Assembly: GCA_021432655.1 (NCBI GenBank)
Contig: MU271346.1
Location: forward strand, 1-64,000
From: Atractiella rhizophila
Taxonomy: Eukaryota
Reading direction: 5' to 3'
DNA: 64,000 nt
Part shown: positions 36,228 to 48,400 of the stretch, one piece after another
How the letters are laid out: each line of letters begins with the position of its first letter
Position numbering within the stretch: the first letter of the stretch is position 1
Position numbers and translations under genes: made by a program
The notes under the pieces: model-generated
Databases searched by the model: none
Told to the model about the DNA's origin: nothing
What the model saw: only the letters and a program-made list of their open reading frames with translations

Positions 36228-38882
36228 ATGGCTTCCGGTATCAACGATTCCACATATGCAGCTGAAACCAATGAGTTGATGTCCTTGCTCTCCGACCTGA
36301 ATGAGCTTGGGATCAATCGACACATTAATCTACCTGGTATCGTCGTGGTTGGGATCCAAAGTGCAGGCAAAAGCTCTTTGGTGGAAGCAATCTCGAAGGT
36401 ACATTAGATCAATTCGATCAGTTCGATATTCCTTTGTAACTGAGTCAGATTTTTAGATTGAGGTACCAAAAGATGCAGGAACTTGTACAAGGTGAGTTGA
36501 GTCTGCCCTACATTCATTAGATAAGTGTAACTCGCACATAGATGCGCCATCAACATAACAATGAGCCCTGCCGACGAATGGTCCTACGACTTTTCCATAA
36601 AACAGCCCTTCGACAGGAGGACCGGTTTACCTCTCGACGTTGAGAAGGAGGATGCATTTGGTGTCGCTCTCAAGGAAAGAGAAAAGGTTCCTGAGAGGAT
36701 ATCCCGCGCACAGTACTACTTGCTCCTCCCCTCCTTGTCGAGCAATGATGCCTTGACCCTTCCTCTCGATGAGTTGAAGTGGCGTTTCGCAGGAAAAGAG
36801 GAACCTGTCAACACCTTTTCAAAGAACACCATTCGTCTCGTTGTCAGGGGTCCAGGGATCACGCACTTGATATTCACCGACCTCCCCGGGGTTATCAGTA
36901 CTGCAGCTAAAGGAGAAGAAGAAATGGTTCCATTGGTGGAAGATCTGGTGGTACAGCACATGAGGAAACAATACAATCTCATTCTTTTGACTATGCCCAT
37001 AAATGGTTTATATTCTGCTTCCATTTTCTCTGTTCTGACAACGATCTTTTAGTGGACATCAATAACCAAAAGTCATACCACCTAGCACTGGAAGCTGACA
37101 GGAGCGGCAAACGGCGAATTGGTGCGTTTCCAAGGTTGACTGACTCTGAAAATCTGATTCGCGAATAAGGCGTGCTAACGAAACCCGACGAGGTGCAACA
37201 CGAGGAGCAGATCAGGAAAACATGGCTGAAAATCTTTCTCAACTCCAAAGACTTCCACCTTGATCATGGCTACTTTGTCACAAAGCAACCCGGATATGAC
37301 GTGCCTCGAAGCGATAGTTGGGACAAGGAAGAATATGACTGGTTAAGACGTACTGAACCATGGAAGTCAGAGGTGTCAGCTCACGGCGACAGAATGGGTG
37401 TGCTCAATTTGATCCAGTTCATGAGCAAACTCCTTTCAGGCATGGTCAAAGAGCAGTACGTAGTCAATAGTATTGTAATCTTTCCTGATACCTCCTGTCA
37501 GACTCCCCCGAATCCGCGATGATGTCGATCGAAAGCTGCGAGAGACACAACTTCGCCTTCGCGCTCTGCCTCCACCTTCCCATGGAAACGAATTGCTCCG
37601 CCTCCAAAAATTCTTCATGGACATTTCCACGCGGGTCCAAAACATAGCATCGGCAGCTACAGGTCATCAGAGACTCATACGACGCCTACGAAACACGTAC
37701 TCTGCCTTTGAGGAGGATATCAAAGGGTGCCGTCCACGTTTTAACCTTCTCACGGATTTTGGAGGAGGAAAGGCTCAGACGATTGATGCGTGGCTTGGAG
37801 ATACGCATGTTGTATATCTCGCACATTCATCACCTCCATCACCAATCCCGAGAGAACCAGCGACCCCTTCTGAGAGCGACGATGGAGCGGTAGACACCGC
37901 AAGACCAAACTTTACTTGGGGTACAATGAACTTGTCCGCTATTAAAAACCACATTGCTGAGTGAGTATGAGCGAACTCTCAGTCTCAGGCTGTTCATTGA
38001 ACTACCTCATGTTTAGTTCCCGAGGTCGTGAATTGCCTTACTCGATCCCGTACGAAGCCAAACGGAGGTCTGTTTGCCCTGACGCTTCTTCGTTTCCCAA
38101 GACACTTCTGACGCATATCTCCAAGCTTGATCGAACGCTCGGTGGAACATTGGAATGAAATTGCATCATATCACCTGGCAGTTGCGAAGGCAGAGGTGGA
38201 GAATGCTTTCATTGATGAAGTGCATTTCGCCCTCAGGGATGTCTATCACGATGACCTTCAGACAAAAGCCGAGTTAGTCGATCCTTTGACTTTCCCACAT
38301 GTTCAAAATCGTCGCAGTGATGTGGTCCTCGCCCAATCAAGCGCATTCCACTCTGTCACAACCCAATTTATCAAAGACCTGGTTGAGGCTGAAAGATCGC
38401 CTTTCACCCTTAACCTGCACTACTTCTCGAAGACTCGACAAAAGGTCAAAGACTTGGCAAGTCCAGCACTAATGAAACCATATGAAGAGGAAATAGAAGT
38501 CGTGGCTGACGTTCTGGCCTACTGGAAAGTAAGTGCTTACTCTAACTATTTGTCTGCGCGCTCTGAAAAACTTTTAGATTGCGTACAAAGTGAGTTAGTT
38601 CCATCAATAGATTCTGCTCAATCTATGAAATAGAGAATTATCGACAACTTCGCTCTCGCAATCGATCAAAAATTCCTCCGGCCGCTGGCACAGTCGATCC
38701 ATGAAGCCTTGCTGAAGAAATTTTCCTTTGATTCCATGAACGACACTGTCAAACAGGAGATCGTGCAAATGTTGGAGGACAACCCAGCTCATGAAAGGGA
38801 GCGTGTCAAGCTGAACGATCTGCAGAAGAAATTGTTAGAAGCGCAAAGGAGAATCAAGGCGTTCGACTGTGTGAGGATATGA
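36228..38882 (+). CDS. Dynamin-superfamily GTPase, Mx-like fungal type, with C-terminal GED (multi-exon)
   Basis: G1 LPGIVVVGIQSAGKSSLVEAIS, G2 AGTCTRC, G3 TDLPG, G4 LTKPD, LDHGYFVTK, SRGRELP, PFTLNLHY and GED AYWK-IAYKRIIDN; TGA 38880-38882. Confidence 0.92.
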
Positions 38883-39098
38883 TCAAGTTGGAAGTCCAAT
38901 GTCATTTCCAACTTTCAGTGTAGTTCTGAATTCAATGGATGTTTGTTATACAGATCTTGAGGATAGAAACCACTTGGTAGCTCTACGGAGAACATGGAAC
39001 ACGCCGACTCCTGAACATCTTACATCGGAGCATCACAACAAGCGAAATAAAGGAACTTAAACAAGGACATTTCCACTGCACAAACATCATTTCAAATG

Positions 39099-41539
39099 TC
39101 AAATTGCGTGTCTTGAAATCGGTAGACCCGCTCCAAATGCTTGCTCGTCAATTAGTTTGGCTAAACCAAGATAAAACCTATGCTCCTCATCAGTAGCGAT
39201 TATTGTGTTGCGAGGACACGTACAGATAATCATCTTTCTTTCCAGACATATCAGAAAGGCTCCCCAGTTCCAAAGCTACCAAGATCACGTCCACTACACG
39301 TATTCTCGCTATCCACTGATTGGTGATGGCCCCCATTTCCTTCCGTCGTGACACAGGGAGCCCCAAATCTTCCAGACTCTTTTCCAGAAACCCAATGGCA
39401 GCTGATATGTCTCCTGCTTGTCGGTATAGGTCAGCAATAATTCTGTCAACGGTGTATACATCGGATAAAATTGTTCTTGGTCCCCAATTTGTCGTCGAGA
39501 GCGGTGAACAGGAAAGGTGATATGTGCCCAACAGTTTTTCACGAAGCTGAACTAGACGTTTCAACGACAGACCCCGAGAGAGGTTGGACATAAGATCGGC
39601 CCTGTACAACCAACGCGGCATCAAATAGCGTTCTAAAATAATTTTAGCGTACCTCTTCTTTCGCTCTTGAACACCGTCCATTCGATCCCAAACACACAGT
39701 TCACATCGGCAAACGAAGCCATGCTTACTGGCGACCTCTTCTCTGTCTTCTAATCTCCTGCACGGGTCGATATACGTATCCATCACTTCTTCTCCCTCCG
39801 CAATCGAGCGACTAGCCCGCAGAATCCAAACATCGCCGATGAAAGAGTAAAGTGCGTTTCCCTTCAAAATTCCTAAATCAATACTCGGTATGAAAAGGAA
39901 AACAACTAACAAGGCAAGCTGAATTCATGAATGACGAATAGAAATACAGAGCTGCTGGCGCATAAGCATTTGTCTCAGCTGCGTCAGGGGCCCTTGGCTG
40001 GGTGATCGTTTCGGGACGAAAGACGTTGAAAGCGATAGCAGATTCGACAAGAGCAACGTCAATGCCTGTCATGGATTTCCCAAACGTCTCGCCACGTAGA
40101 TGTCGTTCTGTGACCTGCCTCAAATCAAACTCCTCCGCTTGCCAACCTGACAGTTTAGCCTTATGAGGTCCCGGCCACAACTGTTCGACCATCCAGTGAA
40201 CATATGGATTATCTTCCATCCTCTCTACTAACCTAGCAGCAAGTTCTACTTGTGCGTGTGACGCTAGCATGCCCGTCTCGGAATTTGCACCGACAACAAG
40301 TTCTTTCTCTGCATTTCCAACATGAACACTGGCTAGTGGAGCAGATACCAGAAGCACTTCGCCAGCTCGAATCTGTCTAGTAGCAAAAAGGCCGCGTCCG
40401 CTTGAAGGTGTTTTGCGTAACACTATAGGTCCAATGAATGGCGCTACATCTCCATTGGACGGAGGGTGATGATACATCTCTGCAAAATTGAAATGACCTC
40501 TAGTTTCTTCTAGGCGCTTTCCCGAACGATCGAGAATATCTTGCGCTTCTTTTAGCGAAGCAAACTCCTTAAAGATAGACGTAGATAGGTCGAAGGAAGC
40601 TTGGAATGCGCCAATGTTGTAGAGGGCTGTCGCTTTGCGCACAAGATATTTCATGTGCGGTCCCGTTCCTAAAGCAGATACTTCGATAAGAGAAAGGTCG
40701 CGGAGAGCAGCACCAGGGAAGTCGAGCACAAGAAGCGTTGCTGCGCGATTGAGACGAAGCAATGATTTCTCGCTCCCGAGGTTGCCGGAGCATGCTATTC
40801 CTCGACTGTAGCAAGACATAGCGGAGTGGAACTCCTTCTTTTGGTAATGAATGTTTCCGCGTTTCTTCCATTCATTGCCCGCAAGTTTATCATTTGGGAT
40901 GGTGAAACTCAACCCTGCAAAAAGTGCGGTGTAAAAAGACGGAGTGAGACTAAAGTGGTCGAACGAAGGAGACCAGACGATATCGGTAGGAGATTCGACA
41001 CGCAAGATGAAGCCGTCTTGAGTTTGGCGGACGTATGGCTCCTGAAGTACTGCTCCACAAGGGTCAACCGATTGTCCCAGTTTTGCACAAAGTGAACACA
41101 GACCGAACACGGCATGGAATGGAACGAGGTGCTCTAACGGACGAAGAGACGACCGAGGGAGGTGGAGGAGATGGACTGGTGCTACATTCCCTTGTTGATC
41201 CACAGCCACGAAGTGGATGGCTACTGTGCGGAATGCAGAAGAATTGACCTGAAGAAAAATAAAAACACCTTTGAAGTGAGCATTAGCAAAGGAAGGAAGA
41301 AGCAAGAAACTGTAGGGCAAAGTACCTTTGTTCACACCTTCACGTAATTCTAACAAACTGTCGACACGCTTCATTGCCCTTAGATCCTGTTTTGAGTAAT
41401 GCTTGTCACCTCCAATCACCGTTCTTCGGGTTATGGGTCCATCCTTCAGATCTATAGAGTCAAGGAGGCTCGCGACTTCCTTCCCTTTCGCGTTGTGCGT
41501 CTCCAGCAAAGACCTTGGTTCATACGAAATCAGCGACAT
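39099..41539 (-). CDS. TPR- and SET-domain protein
   Basis: LRVESPTDIV, TPR helices (WKKRGNIHYQKKEFHSAMSCYSRGI, LRLNRAATLL), SET motifs GRGLFATRQIRAGEVLL, FMNSAC, RSIAEGEEVMDTY and post-SET GFVCRCELC. Confidence 0.88.
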
Positions 41540-43561
41540 GGCTGGCTATACCCGTCGCGGTGGATGAGTTTCAGCCTCCAAAGGCTCAAGTTGCTTAGTG
41601 TATTTTGAGAAGTGGTGTCCTTGTTTGTGGCCATCAAATGTTTTGTCATCGCCGCATACGTCAGGTGCAAAGTTGACAACTTGACAACTTGTCTGAACGT
41701 TCTAAACTTGAAGGTTCAACAGCCTGGGATATCACACATTTCGATCCCTTTTTTTCTGATGAGCTAGTTATGGAGCGGATGAAGCTGAAGGTAGATGTTC
41801 ACTGCACCGTGGTTATTGCAGTTGCATGTTATCGAGCACCAATGCTCAATTTTGGTGCACGTCAAATCACTATTCAGCTAACTAGCCTAGTAAAATAAGT
41901 CCTTGTTCTCAACAGCAAACTCTTTCCAGGTCTTCGGCTTCCTCTTCAAATAAGTTGGGATTTCTAACACCCAAGTCCCAAAATCTGCGCAGGGATGTGA
42001 ATTAGCAACTAACACATGATGGAAGAGGAAATGCGAACATCCAAACTCTTCCCAGGAGGAATAGTTATCATGGAACACTCCTATCAGGAACTCCGGTACA
42101 CCCTTCATCAAAGGGAGATCCTTCGCCGCGACTTTTTGATACGTTGTCGGCTTCCCCGTCACTGATGATTCCGATCAGGACAGTGTCACGACCTGATAGA
42201 AAGGGGACACACCGTCCTCTATCTCCCTCACCAACTCAGCTAAAGTAATCTCTTCCCCAAATACTTGCACCGACTTCCCTTTCTCGATCTTTCCCTCGAT
42301 CCCCGCCAAGACCCAAAGTCCATAATCGCGGATATCGATGACTGGCAGCTTCACGTGCGGGTCCAAAGGCAACACGATTTGACCTTCTGGAGAAGGCTTG
42401 AGGACACTGAGAAAGTTTTGCATGTACCATCCGGCTTGAACGTCGATGAAAGGACAGCCGGTTTCTTGCAGGTAAGAGGTGACTTGACCAATCACTGTCC
42501 TTCGGGTTATGGGTCCATCCTTCAGATCTATAGAGTCAAGGAGGCTCGCGACTTCCTTCCCTTTCGCGTTGTGCGTCTCCAGCAAAGACCTTGGGTCATA
42601 CGAAATCAGCGACATGGCTGGCTATACCCGTCGCGGTGGACAGGGTTCAGCCTCCAAAGGCTCAAGTTGCTTAGTGTATTTTGAGAAGTGGTGTCCTTGT
42701 TTGTGGCCCATCAAATGTTTTGTCATCGCCGCATATGTCAGGTGCAAAGTTGTCAGCTTGACAATTTGTCTGAACGTTCTAAACTTGAAGGTTCAACAGC
42801 CTGGGATATCACACACTTCGATCCCTTTTTTCTGATGAGCTAGTTATGGAGCGGATGAAGCTGAAGGTAGATGTTCGCTGCACCGTGGTTATTGCAGTTG
42901 CATGTATCGAGCACCAATGCTCGATTTTGGTGCGCGTCAATCACTATTCAGCTAACTAGCCTAGTAAAATAAGTCCTTGTTCTCAACAGCAAACTCTTTC
43001 CAGGTCTTCGGCTTCCTCTTCAAATAAGTTGGGATTTCTAACACCCATGTCCCAAAATCTGCGCAGGGATGTGAATTAGCAACTAACACATGATGGAAGA
43101 GGAAATGCGAACATCCAAACTCTTCCCAGGAGGAATAGTTATCATGGAACACTCCTATCAGGAACTCCGGTACACCCTTCATCAAAGGGAGATCCTTCGC
43201 CGCGACTTTTTGATACGTTGTCGGCTTCCCCGTCACTGATGATTCCGATCAGGACAGTGTCACGACCTGATAGAAAGGGGACACACCGTCCTCTATCTCC
43301 CTCACCAACTCAGCTAAAGTAATCTCTTCCCCAAATACTTGCACCGACTTCCCTTTCTCGATCTTTCCCTCGATCCCCGCCAAGACCCAAAGTCCATAAT
43401 CGCGGATATCGATGACTGGCAGCTTCACGTGCGGGTCCAAAGGCAACACGATTTGACCTTCTGGAGAAGGCTTGAGGACACTGAGAAAGTTTTGCATGTA
43501 CCATCCGGCTTGAACGTCGATGAAAGGACAGCCGGTTTCTTGCAGGTAAGAGGTGACTTGA
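41412..43561. repeat. Tandem near-identical duplication 4 (41412-42487 / 42488-43561)
   Basis: Both copies start CCAATCAC and end GAGGTGACTTGA; they cover the SET gene 5' end and the NmrA gene 3' half. Confidence 0.97.
41887..42615 (-). other. Chimeric reading frame (SET-gene N-terminus fused to NmrA 3' half) created by duplication 4
   Basis: ORF 42175-42615 reads MSLISYDPRS...RRTVIG then QVTSYLQETG..., in frame at the 42487/42488 junction. Confidence 0.7.
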
Positions 43562-44100
43562 GCCTTGCCCTCGAAGTGGATGGCGCGGGTGTATTTGCCT
43601 TGGGAAGCGCCGGAGGTGGAGGGGAGACCGGACCAGATAAAGAGTTTGAGCGTGGGGAGAGACCGGGCGATGTCGACGACCATTTTCGACTCTGCAACTT
43701 CCTGTCTCATCCGTCAATTCAGGGGTGCATTAATGGAGCAAATGTAAAGACGGACCTTGGCCAAGTCAACATGCTCCCAAAATTGTGTGACGAACTACCT
43801 GAAACGTTGGACATCTCTTTCATCACAAACACCACAGACCAAACTCACGAATACATAGTCGGCACCATGGAGGGCAGCCTTGACGGCCTCCTCATTTCCA
43901 ACAACGATATTTACCTCCTTCACGTCAACTCCTTTTTCCACCCACTTCCTCGCACTCTCTTTTCCCGCATCCCTCGTCAAGCCTCTGATCCTATAACGAT
44001 CTGGAGAGCCGATGAGGGCGTCTGCGACGGATCCACCTTGTTGACCTGTTATTCCTGCTACAATTACTAGAGGAGCAGCTTGGTTCGATGATGCTACCAT
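42961..44100 (-). CDS. NmrA-like NAD(P)-binding Rossmann-fold protein
   Basis: LVIVAGITGQQGGSVADAL, IRGLTRD, FIWSGLP, HFEGKAQV, AGWYMQNF, VIDIRDYG and PKTWKEF. Confidence 0.92.
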
Positions 44101-45409
44101 TTTCGTGTCGAACTGTTACAGCTGGCTATATGAGTTATTGTTCGGTCTGATACGAGTCTGATGTCTGATTAGAACGACGAGGATGCTTTATATGTGCTGG
44201 ATTAGCAGGGAGACCCGAAAGCCAGTCTTCGCCTTTGAACTCCATCCATCAAGGCGACGGGTGGTAGACAGGTGGAGGCCGAACGGGAACAATCAATTCT
44301 TTCTGTTCTTCCTGCACTTCCTGTCACCTTTCAGATTTCAGACTTTATAGGGTAACTACAGGCCTGGGCATGAGGTATTGAAGCTAAAAGCTTTGTCGAT
44401 GCCCAATGGTGTTGTTAACTGGCTCATGTTCTTCACCTTGCCATTCTTCCTGAATCTTTCCCTCCTTGCCCACCTTTGGAATCGCGCAGTTGAAAGCTGC
44501 GGAACAGAACTGATAGCGTGCGACGTGAGGGTAGGCAGCATGGGAAGCAATTCTCGCCTCATCGGCGGATCATAAATGCCATGACTTCATTGGGACATTA
44601 GACCTGTGTTTGCAGTTTGCACCTTTCAGCACTCCGCTGCCTCATGTGTCTGGTTTTCATGACAAGTATTAAACAATCCGAGGATGTGAATGTGGGTCTC
44701 TTTCATCAAACAGACAAGGGGCATGCTTTCTAATCCAGTGAAGATGCCTAGGCATGGGAGAAGAGCTTTTTCACTGGCGACTTATTCATATCTTCTTTCT
44801 TCTCCTTCTCATGCAGAGCTGAGCTGCTCAAGCTCTCCACGTCTAAAGCATTATATAATTCACGACAGTCGTTGCTAAAGGTGATAGCGAATAGTGCATG
44901 AACTGTTGCAAAATGTATCACCACGGGTGGTGACTACTGCATTATTACATTACGCTACGCAGTCCTTTAGAGTGAAAAGGGTTCTCTAGCACGCCTGTCC
45001 CTTCATTGTTCGTAAATGGACGCTGCTTCGAAGACGGCTGCCTACTTTCATTGGGTGGGGAAAAGCAAGTAATGGAACGTTCTTCACCCATCGAGCAATA
45101 TGCGGGCTCGTAATGAGAATTGATAAGAGCATACATTGCTATATACCCAGTCTTCACCTCCATCTCCTTTCTCCCCATGAATGCTGAGATAAGCCTTTCT
45201 CCTGAAAACACTGAATAATCCCAATCTCATGCTCCGACAATAAGAGAATGCGCAGAAATACTCGAAGAAACAAGAAGCAATTTACGTTGGTGGTACAATC
45301 GTCTGTGCCCCGAGCTGACTCATCCCGCGAAAACGACCATAAAAACTGGCTCCACCGACGCCACTCGCTCCTTCTGCCACCCAAACTCAGCGCTGAGTCG
45401 AGCACAAGC

Positions 45410-48400
45410 ATGTCGCACAACGCACCCCCGCTCAAGAGAGCACGCCCGAATCCGTCGCCCGCCCAGTCGGACAGCCCGCAGACGCCCATCCCCTTGTTCG
45501 ATCAGGATCTGAGCTTCCTCAACGCCTATCTCCCGCCCTCTGTGCCCTCTACCCCTGCGGCTAACGCTTTCACTCCGGTGCCGAGTCCTGGCGCGTCCTT
45601 CGTCCAGCAACAATCCCAGTCCCAGCATCTGCTTGCTGGGGCGACGGGAGGTACGGGAGCGACGGTGGGGAATGTAAATGGGAGTGTGATTGGGAATGCG
45701 ATTGGGAATGTGAATGGCATGGGGAGTGCGAGTGCGAGAGGGAGGGGCAGAGGACAGCCTAAGCAGCGCGGCCCCGTTGGTGGAGTGGGAAGGGGGAGGG
45801 GTGTACCAATGGCGACGCAGAATGGAGTGAGTCGACCTCCGAGTTCAGCCTCTTTCAGTGGAACCTTTAACGCTCCTGGGAATATGAATGGTTATGTCAG
45901 TGAGACTGGGATGGGCAGTGGGAGTGCCGCCACTGTAGCTCAACGACGCAATGTCCCTCACGCGCCATCGTCACTCTCCCTGCCGTCATTGTCAACGTCG
46001 TCCTCTATTTCTCTCCCTCTTACGAGTACGAATACGAATGGAGCACAAACACCGACTAGCGGTTACCAGACGCCCACCATTTCACTCTCCATCCCTCTTC
46101 TCCCCATTCCTCCCTCCACGACAGACACGATCTCCATCCCCCTCCCAGCTCCCAAGCCCAAACCACTTCCGCACCCATCCCGTCTTCCACACCAATACGC
46201 CCTCTCACGTCCCGCAAGCTCAAACACATCCTTTGCGAACGGGCGCACGACGATCGATCTGACCTCGTCCCGCTCCGGATCTCCGTCTTCGAATAGCAGC
46301 ATTGAGATCCTCTCGAGCTCCCATCACTCGAATCCCGACATCACCCCACTCGCACCTGACGACCCCTCGATCAAGCCGAACTGCATAGGCTTGATCCAAT
46401 CCCTCCTCCTGGTCCTCTACCCCGCTCAATTGCAAAACCTCCCGCCAATCAGCCAGAAACCTTCCGTGTCTGTGCGGTTGATCTATTCGCCTGGACAGGG
46501 AGGCGGCAATGATGCCATCAAGGTATTCTTGCCACCGTTGAACCCTCAGACTAAGGAGAGGGGCGAGTCGTTTGGCGTTGTGGAACAGAAGATCGCCTCG
46601 ATCCTCATACCGTTGATGAATCCGGCTGGCCTGGATGGTCGGGGAAAGGGAAGGGTTTGGGTTGAAGGCGAGATCGTGAGGACTACAGCATCTACTGTAC
46701 GTCATACCTCCCTTCCCCCGGCTTCAGAATTGTGATTGAAGCTCGATAACAATGATGCTGATACTGGTTAATGAATGAATGAAGGCAATGATGATTCCTC
46801 TCCATCTCCTCCTCTTCACTAAACCTCATAACGTCCCCTACGTCTCCACTTACCTCTCAGCCCGCCAACTCTTCCTCCAACATCCTCGCTCCTACAATCC
46901 AGCTCTACACTCCGGTTGTCCTTACAAGAACCCCCATAACCCACCGATCGGCAACCCCGACGCTGATCGGCGCCGACTCATGTTCCAGAGCGGCGGAATG
47001 ATGCGGTCGGCCTTCAATGGGACCGTCCCTGGTAGTGTAGCACCGGGTGGAGGACAGTCACAAGTGGTTGCTCAGAACAGTCAGAGGGAACAGGTGGAGA
47101 ATATCTTCAAGAACCTTCGATCGGGAGTCGATCTGGATCAAGTCGAACCGGATAGCATGGTGTGTACGAGCTTGTATCCGCATCAGAAGCAGGCGCTGTC
47201 TTTCCTCCTCGATAGGGAAAGGTTGAAGGTTGCGGGGGAGTTGGAGTCGATGGAGATGGGTGCGAGGGAGGGTGAGGAGGAGGAGTTGGTCAGTCTGTGG
47301 AGAAGACAGTTTGATAAGTACAATCGACACGTTGGGTGGAAGAACGTCATCACGGAGCAGGAGAGGGAAGGAGTTGAGCTCCCCCCTCAAAGTAAAGGCG
47401 CAATCTTGGCAGATGACATGGTGTGTCCTCGTTCTTCTGTATAGGTAGAATCAGACTCATCGAAACGGTGGTGTAGGGTCTCGGAAAGACGATCGTTGTC
47501 ATCTCTCTCGTCTGTGGCACGCTCAAGACCGCGCGCCGTTGGGCAGATCGAGAACCAACGACGGCATTCGAGCTCGCGGCTTACCTGTCCAACTCTTCCT
47601 CATCAGCCACAGGTACAGGCGGCGCCTCCCTGTCCGACTTCTCATCTGCATACTCCAAAGCTGCCATCTCCAACCCGTTTGGTGGGACGTCCAACCCCTT
47701 CGGAACGAAGAAGGAGCAGGCGAGGGCGAAGGCGTCGGAGAAGAGGATGGAAGTGGCGAGGAAGAGGACGGAGCGGTTGAAGTGTCGTTCGAGGGCTACA
47801 CTGATCGTGTGTCCGCTGAGCACGGTGCAGAATTGGGAGGAACAGTTTGGAGAACATACACTACAACCTTCGGCTTTGCTGTCTTTAGGAGGGGTGGTGG
47901 GAGCGAATGGGAGGAAGAGGAGGAGGACGGGGGATGAGGATGAAGAGAGCGAGGAAGGAGAGAGTGAGGACGATGCTTGGGATGCAGATGGAGATGACGT
48001 TAGGAAAAGGGGACTGAGGATTCATGTTTATCATGGGGCGGGGAGGATACAGGATCCGATCCTTTTAGCCAACTACGATGTCGTCGTGACTACGTTCTCA
48101 ACGGTAGGCACGGAGTATTCCAGGCAATGTAAGAGCAATGCGGAGGACGAGGAGGAAGAGGAAGACGACGGATTCGAGGAGGTGGATGCGTATGGAAGGT
48201 CCGTTGCTGCGGGGAAGAAGAAGAAGGGGAAAGGAAAGGCGTGGAGTGGACCAGCATGGAACTCACCACTGCAATCTGTAGAATGGTTTCGGGTCGTGTT
48301 AGACGAAGCTCAGTACGCTTTCTCATCTTTGACTTACAATCCCTCAGCTGACTTATGCTGAATAGTATCATCAAAGAACACTCAACAGTGCAAGCTCGTG

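Noticed and set aside
43339..44070. 243-aa plus-strand ORF and similar long antisense ORFs elsewhere
   Set aside because: Shadow frames opposite well-supported genes (here NmrA).
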